Assembly (NCBI GenBank): GCA_965219385.1
Contig: CBDCNM010000002.1
Span: 1,544,936-1,608,935, forward strand
Length of the DNA: 64,000 nt
Source of the DNA: Candidatus Latescibacterota bacterium
Lineage (GTDB): Bacteria > Latescibacterota > UBA2968 > UBA8231
Reading direction: 5' to 3'
Under the pieces are notes generated by a model. That model was not told the DNA's origin. It was given only the letters and a program-made list of their open reading frames with translations, and made no database searches. The position numbers and the translations under genes were made by a program. The first letter of the stretch is position 1, and every line of letters starts with the position of its first letter. This document shows positions 1-9,838 of this stretch, piece by piece.

Positions 1-1063
1 TAAATCGATCAATAGCAACGCGATCCTGCCACCGTGGTTCCACATTCTTCACCAACTTTTCCTCAATCCATACCCGGCTTGCCCACAAACCTTGCGGATC
101 TTTGGCTTCTTGTTCATGGACAGGGCCGAATATTTCACTCACTGCGTCCTCAGACCAGCCAATGGTGGTTGCGATCAGAGAAGCGCGATGCCGGAATGCA
201 CCGGCAAAGGATGTGCCGGGGACGACAGGCTCTCCAGCGGAGTGCAGATGAACCATGTCTGGAGCTTCTGGATCAGAAGGTGAACTACGGATTAACAGGG
301 ATGTACGCAGGATGAAATCCGCTTCAAGGCGAAAGTATTGTCGTTGATCAGATGGCAATGGATGTGGCGTCGAATTACTCGCGGGACGAGACCAGACCGA
401 GCCACGTAGCCACGCCATGACATCCTCTGGATCGTTCATCTGCAAATCGCGTATCTCCCAGGACGCTACCTTGCCGCGACCATAGCCCCGGCGGGTTCGT
501 GCGCCCAGTCGGATATCGCCTGTTTTGAACCCATGTAAGAGAGCTAAGAACAACTTCCCTAATTCATTATTATCGTCTCCGTCTCCCTTACGAATAATGC
601 ACTCCAGATCCAACTTAAATTCAGTCCCGCGTTCGACAACTTCCACGTCGAATTTTGCCTTTGCAGCGGCAGAACCCGATTGGGTGTCCACACGCACGCC
701 ATCGCGGATTGATGTCCATGCTTGCTCGCTGGCACAGGCAGCATCGGCAACGATTAAGGCACTCATGGTATCCTTTTCATCCGCTCCGCCGAAAAGCCGT
801 TTGAGCACCTGGCCCTCATCCCCCTCTTGGTATTCCGCCCAGGGCAAACTCTGCCGGGCCAGAAAACTCCGCGCCGCTCCAGCGATGGATGCACCCGGAA
901 TAAAGGGCTGTCCATCCGCATCCTTCAGAAGGCACATATCCGCTATACCTGTTTCGTCTCCCCCAAAGTGCGCCACACTGTCCAGCTCCCACTTACCCCG
1001 AGCATACAAACGGCGCACAATGGCATCCTTAGCTTCAGATGTTTCTGTCTTCGTATTTGCCAT
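1..1063 (-). CDS. cas7: Type III-D RAMP, tandem Cas7-Cas7 (Csm3-like) fusion; partial, runs off the window start
   Basis: Read by hand on the minus strand from ATG at 1063 (RBS AAGGA): MANTKTETSEAKDAIVRRLYARGKWELDSVAHFGGDETGIADMCLLKDADGQPFIPGASIAGAARS, G-loop RLGARTRRGYGR, then a second RAMP unit EPVVPGTSFAGAFRHRA...RVAIDRF. Not in the ORF track because it has no stop in the window. Confidence 0.88.
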   Translation of the reverse strand, partial: MANTKTETSEAKDAIVRRLYARGKWELDSVAHFGGDETGIADMCLLKDADGQPFIPGASIAGAARSFLARQSLPWAEYQEGDEGQVLKRLFGGADEKDTMSALIVADAACASEQAWTSIRDGVRVDTQSGSAAAKAKFDVEVVERGTEFKLDLECIIRKGDGDDNNELGKLFLALLHGFKTGDIRLGARTRRGYGRGKVASWEIRDLQMNDPEDVMAWLRGSVWSRPASNSTPHPLPSDQRQYFRLEADFILRTSLLIRSSPSDPEAPDMVHLHSAGEPVVPGTSFAGAFRHRASLIATTIGWSEDAVSEIFGPVHEQEAKDPQGLWASRVWIEEKLVKNVEPRWQDRVAIDRF

Positions 1064-1074
1064 GCTATTAGTCC

Positions 1075-1717
1075 TTATTTATCCCTTGACTTACGGCGCA
1101 GTGCTGTAAGTAGATGATCGAGAAATACTGTACACATCTTCGCGCTGTCATCCGAGACCAGTTTGTCAATCATGGTTTGGCGCATATCGGCGTAGCGACC
1201 TTCGACAAGCTCTTCAACGCGACTTTCAATCAATTGCCGAGTTAAGGACTCTGGTTCAGTCCATGCCTTTTTGAACAAATTGCACAGTGTCATTTGGCGC
1301 GACAGTCCGGGGATGTCGGCGTTTATCCGACAGTTCATCAATCCTTCCTCTGCCGGCTTACGTAAGTTATTTAAGCTCTCAACAGGCGCATCTTGTTGGA
1401 GAAACAGACGTAGCCGGCCGAGAAGGGCATTGCTTGGAACGTTCTGCGTCCGCTCAGCGCAGGTCATGGCACGCTGTTGCATCTCAGCCAAGCAACGCGA
1501 TCGTACAACGCCATACAGCAGGTCTTGGACACTCTGTGGTATCTTCGAGTCTGGCGCGCTGGGTATATTTTTCTCATCCAGTTGGATTTCTTCCCACAAC
1601 TGAAGATTGCCCTGTCGATTGACTGCAATGCGGCCATACCCCTCTTCCTTGCGTAACCCTAGGCCATCGTGCTCCAATTGCAAGAGATGCTTCTGATCGA
1701 GAGCTTTATCAGCCTTA
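1075..1717 (-). pseudogene. csx10: 3' part of cas7-cas5-cas11 (csx10-like) fusion gene, downstream of the IS: Cas5 G-loop plus helical Cas11-like domain
   Basis: ORF 1075..1683 contains GLGLRKEEGYGRI (RAMP G-rich loop) followed by a helical region with PSNALLGRLR. It rejoins the 5' part in frame when the IS and one TTA are removed. Confidence 0.85.
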
Positions 1718-2622
1718 GAGTCTCTAACAAAACCTTGGAATCGCGTATAGGCTTCATTATATTCTTATCCTCTTCGGTATTGCTTCTACCGTCTTGATAT
1801 GGAGGTGTTTTTGATGGCCAAGCCGTTACTCGACGATGGGTTATGGGCCTTGATTGAACCGGTTTTGCCCCCCGTAACCGTTGGCCCCCAAGGGGGGCGG
1901 CCTCGGCTGGATAACCGTAGGGTGCTGACCGGCATTCTCTTTGTGCTCAAGACGGGTATCCCTTGGGAGTATTTGCCTCAAGAGATGGGGTGCGGTTCGG
2001 GGATGACCTGTTGGCGTCGCCTGCACGCTTGGCAACAAGCCGGGGTCTGGAAAAGAGTCCATCATATCCTGTTGAACCGACTGAGGGCCGCCGACCGGAT
2101 TGATTGGTCTCGTGCGGTGGTCGATAGTGCCTCGGTGCGGGCGGTTGGGGGGGGGCGCACACCGGTCCCAATCCGACGGACCGCGGCAAACCCGGTAGCA
2201 AACACCATGTAATCACCGATGCCCAAGGGGTGCCGTTGGCGGCGGGGGTGACGGGGGCCCATCGGCATGATGTGACGCAGCTGTTGCCGTTGGTGGATCG
2301 CATACCCCCGGTGGCCGGTCGGGTCGGCCGCCCGCGTCGTCGGCCGGATCGGGTGCAAGGGGATCGGGCCTATGATTCGCAAGCCCATCGGCGCGCCTTG
2401 CGTAAGCGGGGCATCGGCTCGGTGTTGGCTCGGCGAGGGCAAGCCCACGGCAGCGGCTTGGGCGTCTATCGGTGGGTGGTGGAACGAACGTTGGCATGGT
2501 TGCACCAATTCCGTCGGCTTCGAGTCCGCTGGGAGCGACGAGGTGATCTCCATGAAGCCTTTCTCGACATTGGATGTATTCTCATCTGTTGGAAGTACCT
2601 CAAAGAGTTTTGTTAGGGCCTC
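1718..2622 (+). mobile_element. IS5-family insertion sequence (two-ORF, IS427/IS1031-like), 905 bp, with 3-bp TTA target duplication
   Basis: Terminal inverted repeats GAGTCTCTAACAAAAC (1718-1733) and GTTTTGTTAGGGCCTC (2607-2622), 14/16 match. TTA at 1715-1717 and 2623-2625. Transposase ORFs lie inside. Confidence 0.93.
1799..2616 (+). CDS. tnp: IS5-family transposase in two overlapping frames (orfA/orfB), joined by a -1 shift at a G9 run (2147-2155)
   Basis: orfA has WALIEPVLP...GGRPR...GILFVLKTGIPWEYLP...TCWRRL...WQQAGVW and VVDSASVRA. The -1 frame continues GPNPTDRGKPGSKHHVITDAQGVPL...GDRAYDS...RWVVERTLAWLHQFRRLRVRWER (DDE). Confidence 0.9.
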
Positions 2623-4373
2623 TTAAACACAAAAACACTGCCGGCGGCGATGGCGGGCCATTGCTGCCGCGGTAGGCGTAGGTGGGCATTATACCCGCCG
2701 ATCACTTCCGTGCGGGTATAACTGCACCAAAGTGTCGGTTCCGTGGTATCCAGACCCAGGGCCTTGGCCAGCTCACGCTTGGGAAAACGCGCCTCCGGGT
2801 GGCCGTGGTCGTTGACGGTCAACAACGGGGATAGGGTGGTAATAATCAAACGCACGCCAGGATTAGGGTTATTAGGTGCCTGCTGCTCAACGAATCCGTC
2901 CCACTCGACAAGCCCGCTCAATTCCTTCGGCGCATCATCAACCCATTCAAATTCCGCCTCGCCGTACTGCGCACTACGCGACCGTCCGATCCTTATCGAT
3001 TGTCCCCCTCGTAACCACGTTTTCAGATTCTTCAGATCGTCCGCTGAACCTAGGACAGCCCCTTGAAACGACTGTCCGGCTTGGATGGCTTCATACATAA
3101 AAAACGCACCGCCATCTTTGACATCTGCGCCAAGAGCACGACCTTTGCGTCGGTCGGCGGCGCGGGCGTGGTGGTAGTTCAGCTCCGTCTTGACGGCCTG
3201 CGTCTTCAAACTCTCTAGGCCGATCTTGGCGTAGCGGCGATCGAGTCGCTGCGTGGGTTCCTCCCCCGGCAACTGTTCGACGAAATCCACCAGTCGTTCG
3301 TCGTCCTTGAACTTGCGTATGGAGTGAGGAATGGGGATCATGCGTTGCGGTGGTTCATCGAACTCCTCGGGATCGTCCGCCTCCGGGTAGGCCGTCAGAA
3401 ATCGCAAGCCCCCATCGAGAAAGGCGTGACGAAACGCCTCGTCTTCCGGGGTGTGATCCGGTTGGCCCAGGTAGTGCCAGTAGTGCCAGGAGGCAGCTCC
3501 CCATACATTGCTCCCAGGCACCTCCTGCCGGGTCATAACGGTATTCGGGTCGCCATCTGCCACCGGGATAACCGCTGGCGCTGTCAACTTGAGCCGATAG
3601 CGCAACACATGGGTGGGCGTTCCGCGATTCGAGCGGGGTGAGCCAATCGCCTGCCCTTTTGACGTTTGGGATGGTTGGATGCGGTTGTTCACGGTTATTG
3701 AAGGAAGCGTATCGTCGCTCAGGGCCTGTTCGGTCAGGTCTCGACATTGCCCGTTCTCATCGCGTGCAAGCAAACGACAACAGACCTTTCCGAGACCGCG
3801 GGTGCGTGCCGATCCCATGTGTTGCAGGGCGGCGGCCCCCAGAGATAGCGCATTGAGCAACGCATTGTCGGGAGGCTCAAAGAAACGCACTCGCGCCCGA
3901 AATACCAAACCTGTCTTCAGGGTACGGGTGAGACGGAGCGTATCCTTTTTTGCTGCACCGGTATGGCGGTCAATGGCGGTTTGGGCACGCACAGTGGCAA
4001 AGTGTTGCACGACATCGTCAGGATGAAGTTTCTGAATCTTAGGATGTTGCAAGTAGTTCAGCCATTTTCTTAGAGACGACGCCCCTTGCAACTCTGCATT
4101 TGCAACATACAGGCAAGCATCCCCGGCACCGGGTTTCTGTCCTGACTCGCCGAAAATCTGCTTTGCCGGTATTGGTACCTCACTGCACGACCTCCACGCA
4201 TCGGCAACATCGCGATAGGCTTCGCGCCACAGCCCTTTGAGTCGCCTGCCGGGGAGAATGGGTAGCCCCAAGTCATCAAAGGCCACATCTCGGTCAACTA
4301 CGCCCACACGCCCCTCACCGGCGGCAGAGGTTAGCGGCGATTGCAGTGTGATTTGTAAGACATACTCAGTCAT
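2623..4373 (-). pseudogene. csx10: 5' part of cas7-cas5-cas11 (csx10-like) fusion gene, interrupted by IS5
   Basis: ATG 4373 with AAGGAG RBS. Cas7 motifs GLPILPGRRLKGLWRE and MGSARTRGLG. Cas5-like segment with IGRSRSAQYG and GGYNAHLRLPR...AIAAGSVFVF. The frame ends inside the IS inverted repeat. Confidence 0.88.
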
Positions 4374-4383
4374 TTTTATCTCC

Positions 4384-5979
4384 TTACCCTGCTTTCTCGC
4401 CATCTGTTGCTGGTTTCACTTCTAAATAGAAATCGAGTGCTTCAAGCGGGTCAAAATACGGCGTAGTGCGATCAGGAGAGTCCCCGCCTGTCCAACCTGT
4501 GTTACTTACCGACGACGATGGCAACTTTACGTCACGCCATTGTGCGCCTTCAATGAAGCGTTGGGTCGATGCAGGTCCCTGTGTTATAGCCTGCAAGAGA
4601 CCTTTGGCACGACTGCGGGGCCATCGCGGTGATTGAAATTCTTTCAAAATTGCGACAAAATCGTCCCATCTTTCCGGCACTTGATACGGACGCTGATGCA
4701 GCATTTGTCCTCCTAGGCTGCGATACTGTGCGGCTCTCAGGGCTGAAATGGACCGGGTGGCACCCTCCGGAATGATCTGGAAGTCCAGCCAACTACCGGT
4801 TGGATCAATCGCCTTCCGGCGGTGCGATTTAGCCTCTCCGCAAAGTTCCTCAGCAAAATGATAGGCGCGGGCAAACGGAAACTTCGTAGGTACGATGGCT
4901 ACTCCAGCACAGGCATCAACGGGTCTGTCCTCTCCGCTAACCTTGATCTTACCCTTAGAAAACTCCCGCAGATAGTAGGCCGCCAGATCGAGACCCAGGC
5001 GACCATCGCATACAAATGTCAAATCGTCGCCGCCGTACACGATGGGACGAAGGGGAAATATTTTTTCATCTTCCAGCGACAAATCATCTTTTAGCCTCGG
5101 CAAAGCTTCTCGTAGATATTGCAAAGTCTCCTTTAGGACATTCTGGGACAGAAGCGACACAGAGGCAGAAAACGCCCGGATGTGATGGAGGAAGTCCGCA
5201 TCTTCTCCTGCACTGTTTCCTACATCGATGAGATGTTTGCCCATTCCATTGCCATCAGCATGCACCACGGCAATATGCGACTCTCCCGTACGGCCACCCA
5301 ATTTGTCGAGCTCGATGGCAAAGTGTGGTCCTTCTTTCAAAACCGGTCCAAATTGGTTAAAAATGGCGTTTTGGGCAGCACCAACTTGATTCCGCTTGCT
5401 CTCCGCAGACTGTGATATCCACTCCTCATTGTTTTCCTCGCTGGGTTCGCTTGCAGGGAGTCCAGTCGTAGTACAGGTGCGAACAACGGGTAAACCGTAC
5501 AAGGTGGCTCCAAAGGGCAGTGCCTCCTCGCAACTGGCGAGATCATCCAATGCGCCACGATATGCTTCAGCCAGCGAGTTCTCAACATCTGCATATCCAA
5601 CGGCCACCCGAAGTCCAGGTGCATTTTCGAGTAGCTTGCGGCTCCATGCTTTGACAGCATCTTTAGCAATCTCTTGGCTTTTGCAGAGCAGCGCGGCATT
5701 ACCCCCACCTATATAGATGAGGTTGACATCTTTCGTCGTGTCCACTGGTTTTTCAGATGGAGACATTGAGGGATTCGCCTTGTACGCAGCCCATGCATTA
5801 GTATCAACGGTGCGGCCAGCCTGCTTTATGGCCTCAAGCAAGCCCTCGTCGAGCCAGTATTTTGCCAGATGAGACGCGCCGATATTCTCTTTCAGGCGAT
5901 TGCTCTGAAAGATGTATCGCTGAAGACTCGCAGTGCCTAAGACTACGATGGACTGACCAGTATAAAGAGAAGTTGACAT
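4384..5979 (-). CDS. cas10: Cas10 of type III-D, compact (531 aa), no HD domain, palm2 GGDD intact
   Basis: QRYIFQSNRLKENIGAS N-terminus, YIGGGNAALL palm1, HADGNGMG and VYGGDDLTF cyclase motifs, KFPFARAYHFAEELC; sits among RAMP genes. Confidence 0.92.
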   Translation of the reverse strand: MSTSLYTGQSIVVLGTASLQRYIFQSNRLKENIGASHLAKYWLDEGLLEAIKQAGRTVDTNAWAAYKANPSMSPSEKPVDTTKDVNLIYIGGGNAALLCKSQEIAKDAVKAWSRKLLENAPGLRVAVGYADVENSLAEAYRGALDDLASCEEALPFGATLYGLPVVRTCTTTGLPASEPSEENNEEWISQSAESKRNQVGAAQNAIFNQFGPVLKEGPHFAIELDKLGGRTGESHIAVVHADGNGMGKHLIDVGNSAGEDADFLHHIRAFSASVSLLSQNVLKETLQYLREALPRLKDDLSLEDEKIFPLRPIVYGGDDLTFVCDGRLGLDLAAYYLREFSKGKIKVSGEDRPVDACAGVAIVPTKFPFARAYHFAEELCGEAKSHRRKAIDPTGSWLDFQIIPEGATRSISALRAAQYRSLGGQMLHQRPYQVPERWDDFVAILKEFQSPRWPRSRAKGLLQAITQGPASTQRFIEGAQWRDVKLPSSSVSNTGWTGGDSPDRTTPYFDPLEALDFYLEVKPATDGEKAG

Positions 5980-5997
5980 TAGTATATCCTCACTCGC

Positions 5998-7083
5998 TCA
6001 GATCCAATGCAGGTCATTGCATAGGTATCGATAAAACTCATTGGGTAGCCGACGCCACTTATTCTTTCCCCAGATTTGCAGAGGCTCGCTCGCACTACCC
6101 ATTTCATCCTTCAGTTCGTCTTCGATGAGTTTAGCGGTATTTGGGTGAGCACTACACAGCACTATGGCCCGCGCTTCATCACCACCGAGTTGTCGCGCCC
6201 GTAGAATAGCCTCCATGCCTTTTTGTTTGCTCCGGTCGTGACCAGAATCAACAGTGCATGAAACAACTACAATCTGATACCCCAGCACCGCGACTACATC
6301 GAGTTCAAAAGGCTTGACATTTGGGTCTGTTGTTCCAGCTCGTCGGACGTACACGCTGTGAAAAATTTCATAGTTGTTTCGATCCGAATTGCGCTCGGAA
6401 ATTTTCTTCAGAGCTTCCTCAAAAGCGGCATACGCACCGTACTCGAGAAGATCGGGATCAATAGTTACGCTGCGAAACGCATTCATGCCCTCGTCGCATT
6501 GCTCTTGGCTAGGTGCTCTAGGGGCCGGACATTCTTCCGTCCTATGGCCTCCAATCGATTTACTAAAGTATCGATATTCAAATGGTCCGATCGTAAAGCC
6601 GTCGAGTTCGGCGATTCGACTAAGACAAGGATCAATCCCCCAACGAGTATCCTTTACAAGAGGACCGCTCCGACTTACGATAGTCGGGCCTGATGCGCCA
6701 CGTGGATCAAGATAAGAGGTTTGTAGGCGGACGTTCTGGCTATCTCGTAGTTGGGCTTCGATAGCAGAAACCGTTTCAACACCCATCACCTTGGTGCCGC
6801 CGGTGTAGTGGACGTAAAGATCAGTGGTCTCGGCTGATAAATCTCTTAAGATATGCCTGATATCACCGCGTACAGTCTCGGGATTACCCGCCGACGTTTG
6901 AATGGGATCAAGGAGAGACGCACCTTGACAATACTTCTGTAGCCGGTCTTTTTCAGCCACCGTGCCCGCCGTATGCACAAGTCGAACATGAACAGGTTCG
7001 GGCAGTTTGTCTTTCAAATGATGCCACGCCACCCACACCGGCAATGGATTGGTTCCGACTGTGAGAATGAGTTGTGTTCCCAT
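5998..7083 (-). CDS. CARF-domain effector with C-terminal PD-(D/E)xK-like nuclease (Card1/Can2/DUF1887-like)
   Basis: CARF motifs LILTVGTNPLP and HYTGGTKVM. C-terminal LLEYGAY...FELDVVAVLGYQIVVVSCT...RARQLGGDEA, as in DUF1887/Card1-like REase domains. Lies directly upstream of cas10. Confidence 0.8.
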   Translation of the reverse strand: MGTQLILTVGTNPLPVWVAWHHLKDKLPEPVHVRLVHTAGTVAEKDRLQKYCQGASLLDPIQTSAGNPETVRGDIRHILRDLSAETTDLYVHYTGGTKVMGVETVSAIEAQLRDSQNVRLQTSYLDPRGASGPTIVSRSGPLVKDTRWGIDPCLSRIAELDGFTIGPFEYRYFSKSIGGHRTEECPAPRAPSQEQCDEGMNAFRSVTIDPDLLEYGAYAAFEEALKKISERNSDRNNYEIFHSVYVRRAGTTDPNVKPFELDVVAVLGYQIVVVSCTVDSGHDRSKQKGMEAILRARQLGGDEARAIVLCSAHPNTAKLIEDELKDEMGSASEPLQIWGKNKWRRLPNEFYRYLCNDLHWI

Positions 7084-7127
7084 GACTACCGTTTCCTCCG
7101 TATCAGTGAATAATGGACGGCGACGCT

Positions 7128-9701
7128 CTATGGCTCATAGGGTAACCCGTTCATGTCCGTAACCTCTGGAAGCGCAGCCTTCTTACCTTGCCCTTTCTCA
7201 TTATCGACAAACCACTTGAAATTCTCACCCTCTGGGTTCGGTTTGCGTTCCAGACGTGGATAATGAATGGGCGCGTCGTCTCCCGGGCCGCTTAGAACTT
7301 GTAGAAATCCACTGATAAAAGACAGCTTCTTAAAATGTTCTGATTCGATCTCTACGCGGTCTTCAGGATCGGTAAAGAGCTGAACGGATTTGAGATCGTC
7401 CAAGGATGTCAATCGACGGGATACGGATGTTTCAAGCTCTTCTCCACTCTTAGTGGTTTCGTCATTGACTGGAAGAGGCATATACGCGGCCACCATACTG
7501 GCCTTAAATTTCTGAATACAGTTGTTTCGTTGCCCTTCATCCAAAGTTCCCGGGGAGGATGCATCGAAAGCCGCATAGTAGTTTTTCCACTCTTCTCCGG
7601 TGCCAAGCGGCAGGCATCCATTTACACACTGCTCTTCATCAACCTCCATTCGTACGCTGCCAAAACCCAGTGGCTTGCCATAGCCTAGCCGGAAGTAATG
7701 GCCTTCGGGAAGCGATAGCAACCAAAGCAATGCGCCGATCTCTTCAGGTTGCAGATTTTGCACGTACAGGGATACCTTAAAAACGGTATTGGGCTTGATC
7801 CACCCTCGAATGCTGCGATTTTGAGGATCGGTTTGAGACTCTCCATCAGGACGGCGGTATTCCTGATAACGACCATTACTTTGTTGCTGTGTTCGGTCCT
7901 CAACTGACGGCTTCCAATAGTCTGGTGCTTGATCGGCTTCCAGCCCTTTGTGGTGCCAGTAGTGCTTACGACCTCGTAGGCCCTTGCCTTTACTATAGCC
8001 TGCTTGTTTCTTGTCAAGGCCATCTTCTTGCGGCCTGCCTTGATCATCCTTGGCTACATAAAAACGGCCCTGTGCGGGTTTCGGTTGTCCCAGGATAGCA
8101 AGGGGCAAGGACTTACCAGCAAAGTCCTCGATGATTTCTGGTCGTGCGCCATCCTCACAGACGACTCGCATGCGACCCTTGTAGCCTTGGTCGCTACCGG
8201 ATTTCTGAGGTACCCACCCGAATAGACGATCCGCGGGAGACAACTCACTTCTCTTATTCGCTGGCTTTAGTAAAGAATCGTTTAGTGAGGAATCGAGAAG
8301 GTCTTTGGGGCTGTTGTCATACAACTCACGGGAGATCATGACTGGGAAAATATCTTCAATATCCGTGATATTTCCCTGTGTATCGAATTTGCAGCGGGCA
8401 TATACCATATCTCCCGGTTGCAATTCCATTGCGTCATGTGCGTTTCCGCCCCAGCGGTCTCGGTGTTTACCATCCTGATATAGATGCGGAGACCAGGCCG
8501 TTTCACCAGGGTTATTGCCGGTTTTTTTCCAGGGCTTCACACCTCCTGGCCGCTTAAAGATATCGTTCTCTGAGTGTGCTTCCCGATAGTTTTTGATACG
8601 CCTGCGCCAAGACTCTTTGAGGTGGTCAGTCACTTCAAACGTATCTGATTTGGGATTAAAGAAAATTCGCTCATCGTGTTTGTTACCCATGTTTTGATTG
8701 GTGACCAAAACGCGCCCTTCGACGATTTTTCCTGTAGTCGATGGTTCTTTGGGATGCTTGCTCTTTGGCCAAACTCTGATTGCCTTCCAGAACCAATAGC
8801 CCCGCTGATGCTTAATAAGTTTGACTTCTGCCCAAACTTTGTCCCCAGTCTGAGGATCACACCCCCCTACACACTCCGAATTCAGATTTGGATTCTTGTT
8901 ATAGCGTGTCAGCATCGCAGCGTACATCGCGCCTTTTTCTTCAAATCCGTTTGGACCTTTAACTGTAGCTTGGCTAGTACCGATATACAAACGCGCCACC
9001 AAGTTCTCGGCTCCTTTGCCATTTTCGATAACCGCTGGAATGAGCTTCAGAGCTTCCCTAGTTTCCATGCGATAGGCCAACCGGTCATCGTTGCTAAAAC
9101 AACCATAGCGCGAGTTCGTCACCACTTCATAAGCGCTACGCAACACACCGCGCAGGGACGATTCCGCCAGACGGTTGAGAACATCATAAGTTTGGTGCTC
9201 AGTTGGCGAGCGTTCTTCGCCATCAGTTTTGGGCAATACCAAGGGTGTGACGGTGGTCAGCTTGATGGGCAAATGCCCTGTCCACAGGTCCGGCTTGAGC
9301 GACTCATGGCTGAGGCTGAGGCCATGTTTCAACGGATCAAAATCGCCTGCAAATCCGCCCACTTTTATTGCATCTTGACGCGGAGGAGAAGGGACGAAGG
9401 TATATGGATTGTAAAAGTAGTCGTGTGTTTCGGCGCTTGACGGACTGGACTCTACGGCTTCTTGCGCTGTGGAAGAAACCATGCGGTCCTGTAAACGGAC
9501 GTTCTTTGCCTCGTACCGGTCTTCGTGTCTCGGGGAGGGCCGTTTGTCGAAAACAACGACTGCTCCCTCGACCAGAGATTCTTCCTTACCCTTTAAAGCT
9601 TGACTACTGTTAATGTGAAAGAAGACATCTTCTCCAAGATCATCCACAATGAACCCGTAGCCTTTATCCTTGATCCACTTATTGATCTTGCCAGTTTCCA
9701 T
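7128..9701 (-). CDS. cas7: Type III-D Cas7 with large insertion (TIGR03986-like), fused to an N-terminal cold-shock domain
   Basis: Likely start ATG 9701 (GAAGGA RBS). CSD: GKINKWIKDKGYGFI...DVFFH. RAMP: FYNPYTFVP, ESSLRGVLRSAYEVVTNS, SPADRLFGWV, LRGRKHYWH, LGYGKPLGFGSV. Confidence 0.88.
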   Translation of the reverse strand: METGKINKWIKDKGYGFIVDDLGEDVFFHINSSQALKGKEESLVEGAVVVFDKRPSPRHEDRYEAKNVRLQDRMVSSTAQEAVESSPSSAETHDYFYNPYTFVPSPPRQDAIKVGGFAGDFDPLKHGLSLSHESLKPDLWTGHLPIKLTTVTPLVLPKTDGEERSPTEHQTYDVLNRLAESSLRGVLRSAYEVVTNSRYGCFSNDDRLAYRMETREALKLIPAVIENGKGAENLVARLYIGTSQATVKGPNGFEEKGAMYAAMLTRYNKNPNLNSECVGGCDPQTGDKVWAEVKLIKHQRGYWFWKAIRVWPKSKHPKEPSTTGKIVEGRVLVTNQNMGNKHDERIFFNPKSDTFEVTDHLKESWRRRIKNYREAHSENDIFKRPGGVKPWKKTGNNPGETAWSPHLYQDGKHRDRWGGNAHDAMELQPGDMVYARCKFDTQGNITDIEDIFPVMISRELYDNSPKDLLDSSLNDSLLKPANKRSELSPADRLFGWVPQKSGSDQGYKGRMRVVCEDGARPEIIEDFAGKSLPLAILGQPKPAQGRFYVAKDDQGRPQEDGLDKKQAGYSKGKGLRGRKHYWHHKGLEADQAPDYWKPSVEDRTQQQSNGRYQEYRRPDGESQTDPQNRSIRGWIKPNTVFKVSLYVQNLQPEEIGALLWLLSLPEGHYFRLGYGKPLGFGSVRMEVDEEQCVNGCLPLGTGEEWKNYYAAFDASSPGTLDEGQRNNCIQKFKASMVAAYMPLPVNDETTKSGEELETSVSRRLTSLDDLKSVQLFTDPEDRVEIESEHFKKLSFISGFLQVLSGPGDDAPIHYPRLERKPNPEGENFKWFVDNEKGQGKKAALPEVTDMNGLPYEP

Positions 9702-9838
9702 TTTATTTCCTTCCCTATTTTTCATTTCAAAAAGTTGGCCTACCAATCAGTATTTAAACAGGCAGGCACATCGGTTTCAGTCCTCTGGCGGGCCTGATGG
9801 GTGCAATCCTGGTGAGGATAGAGATTCAGGAGTGCCGG

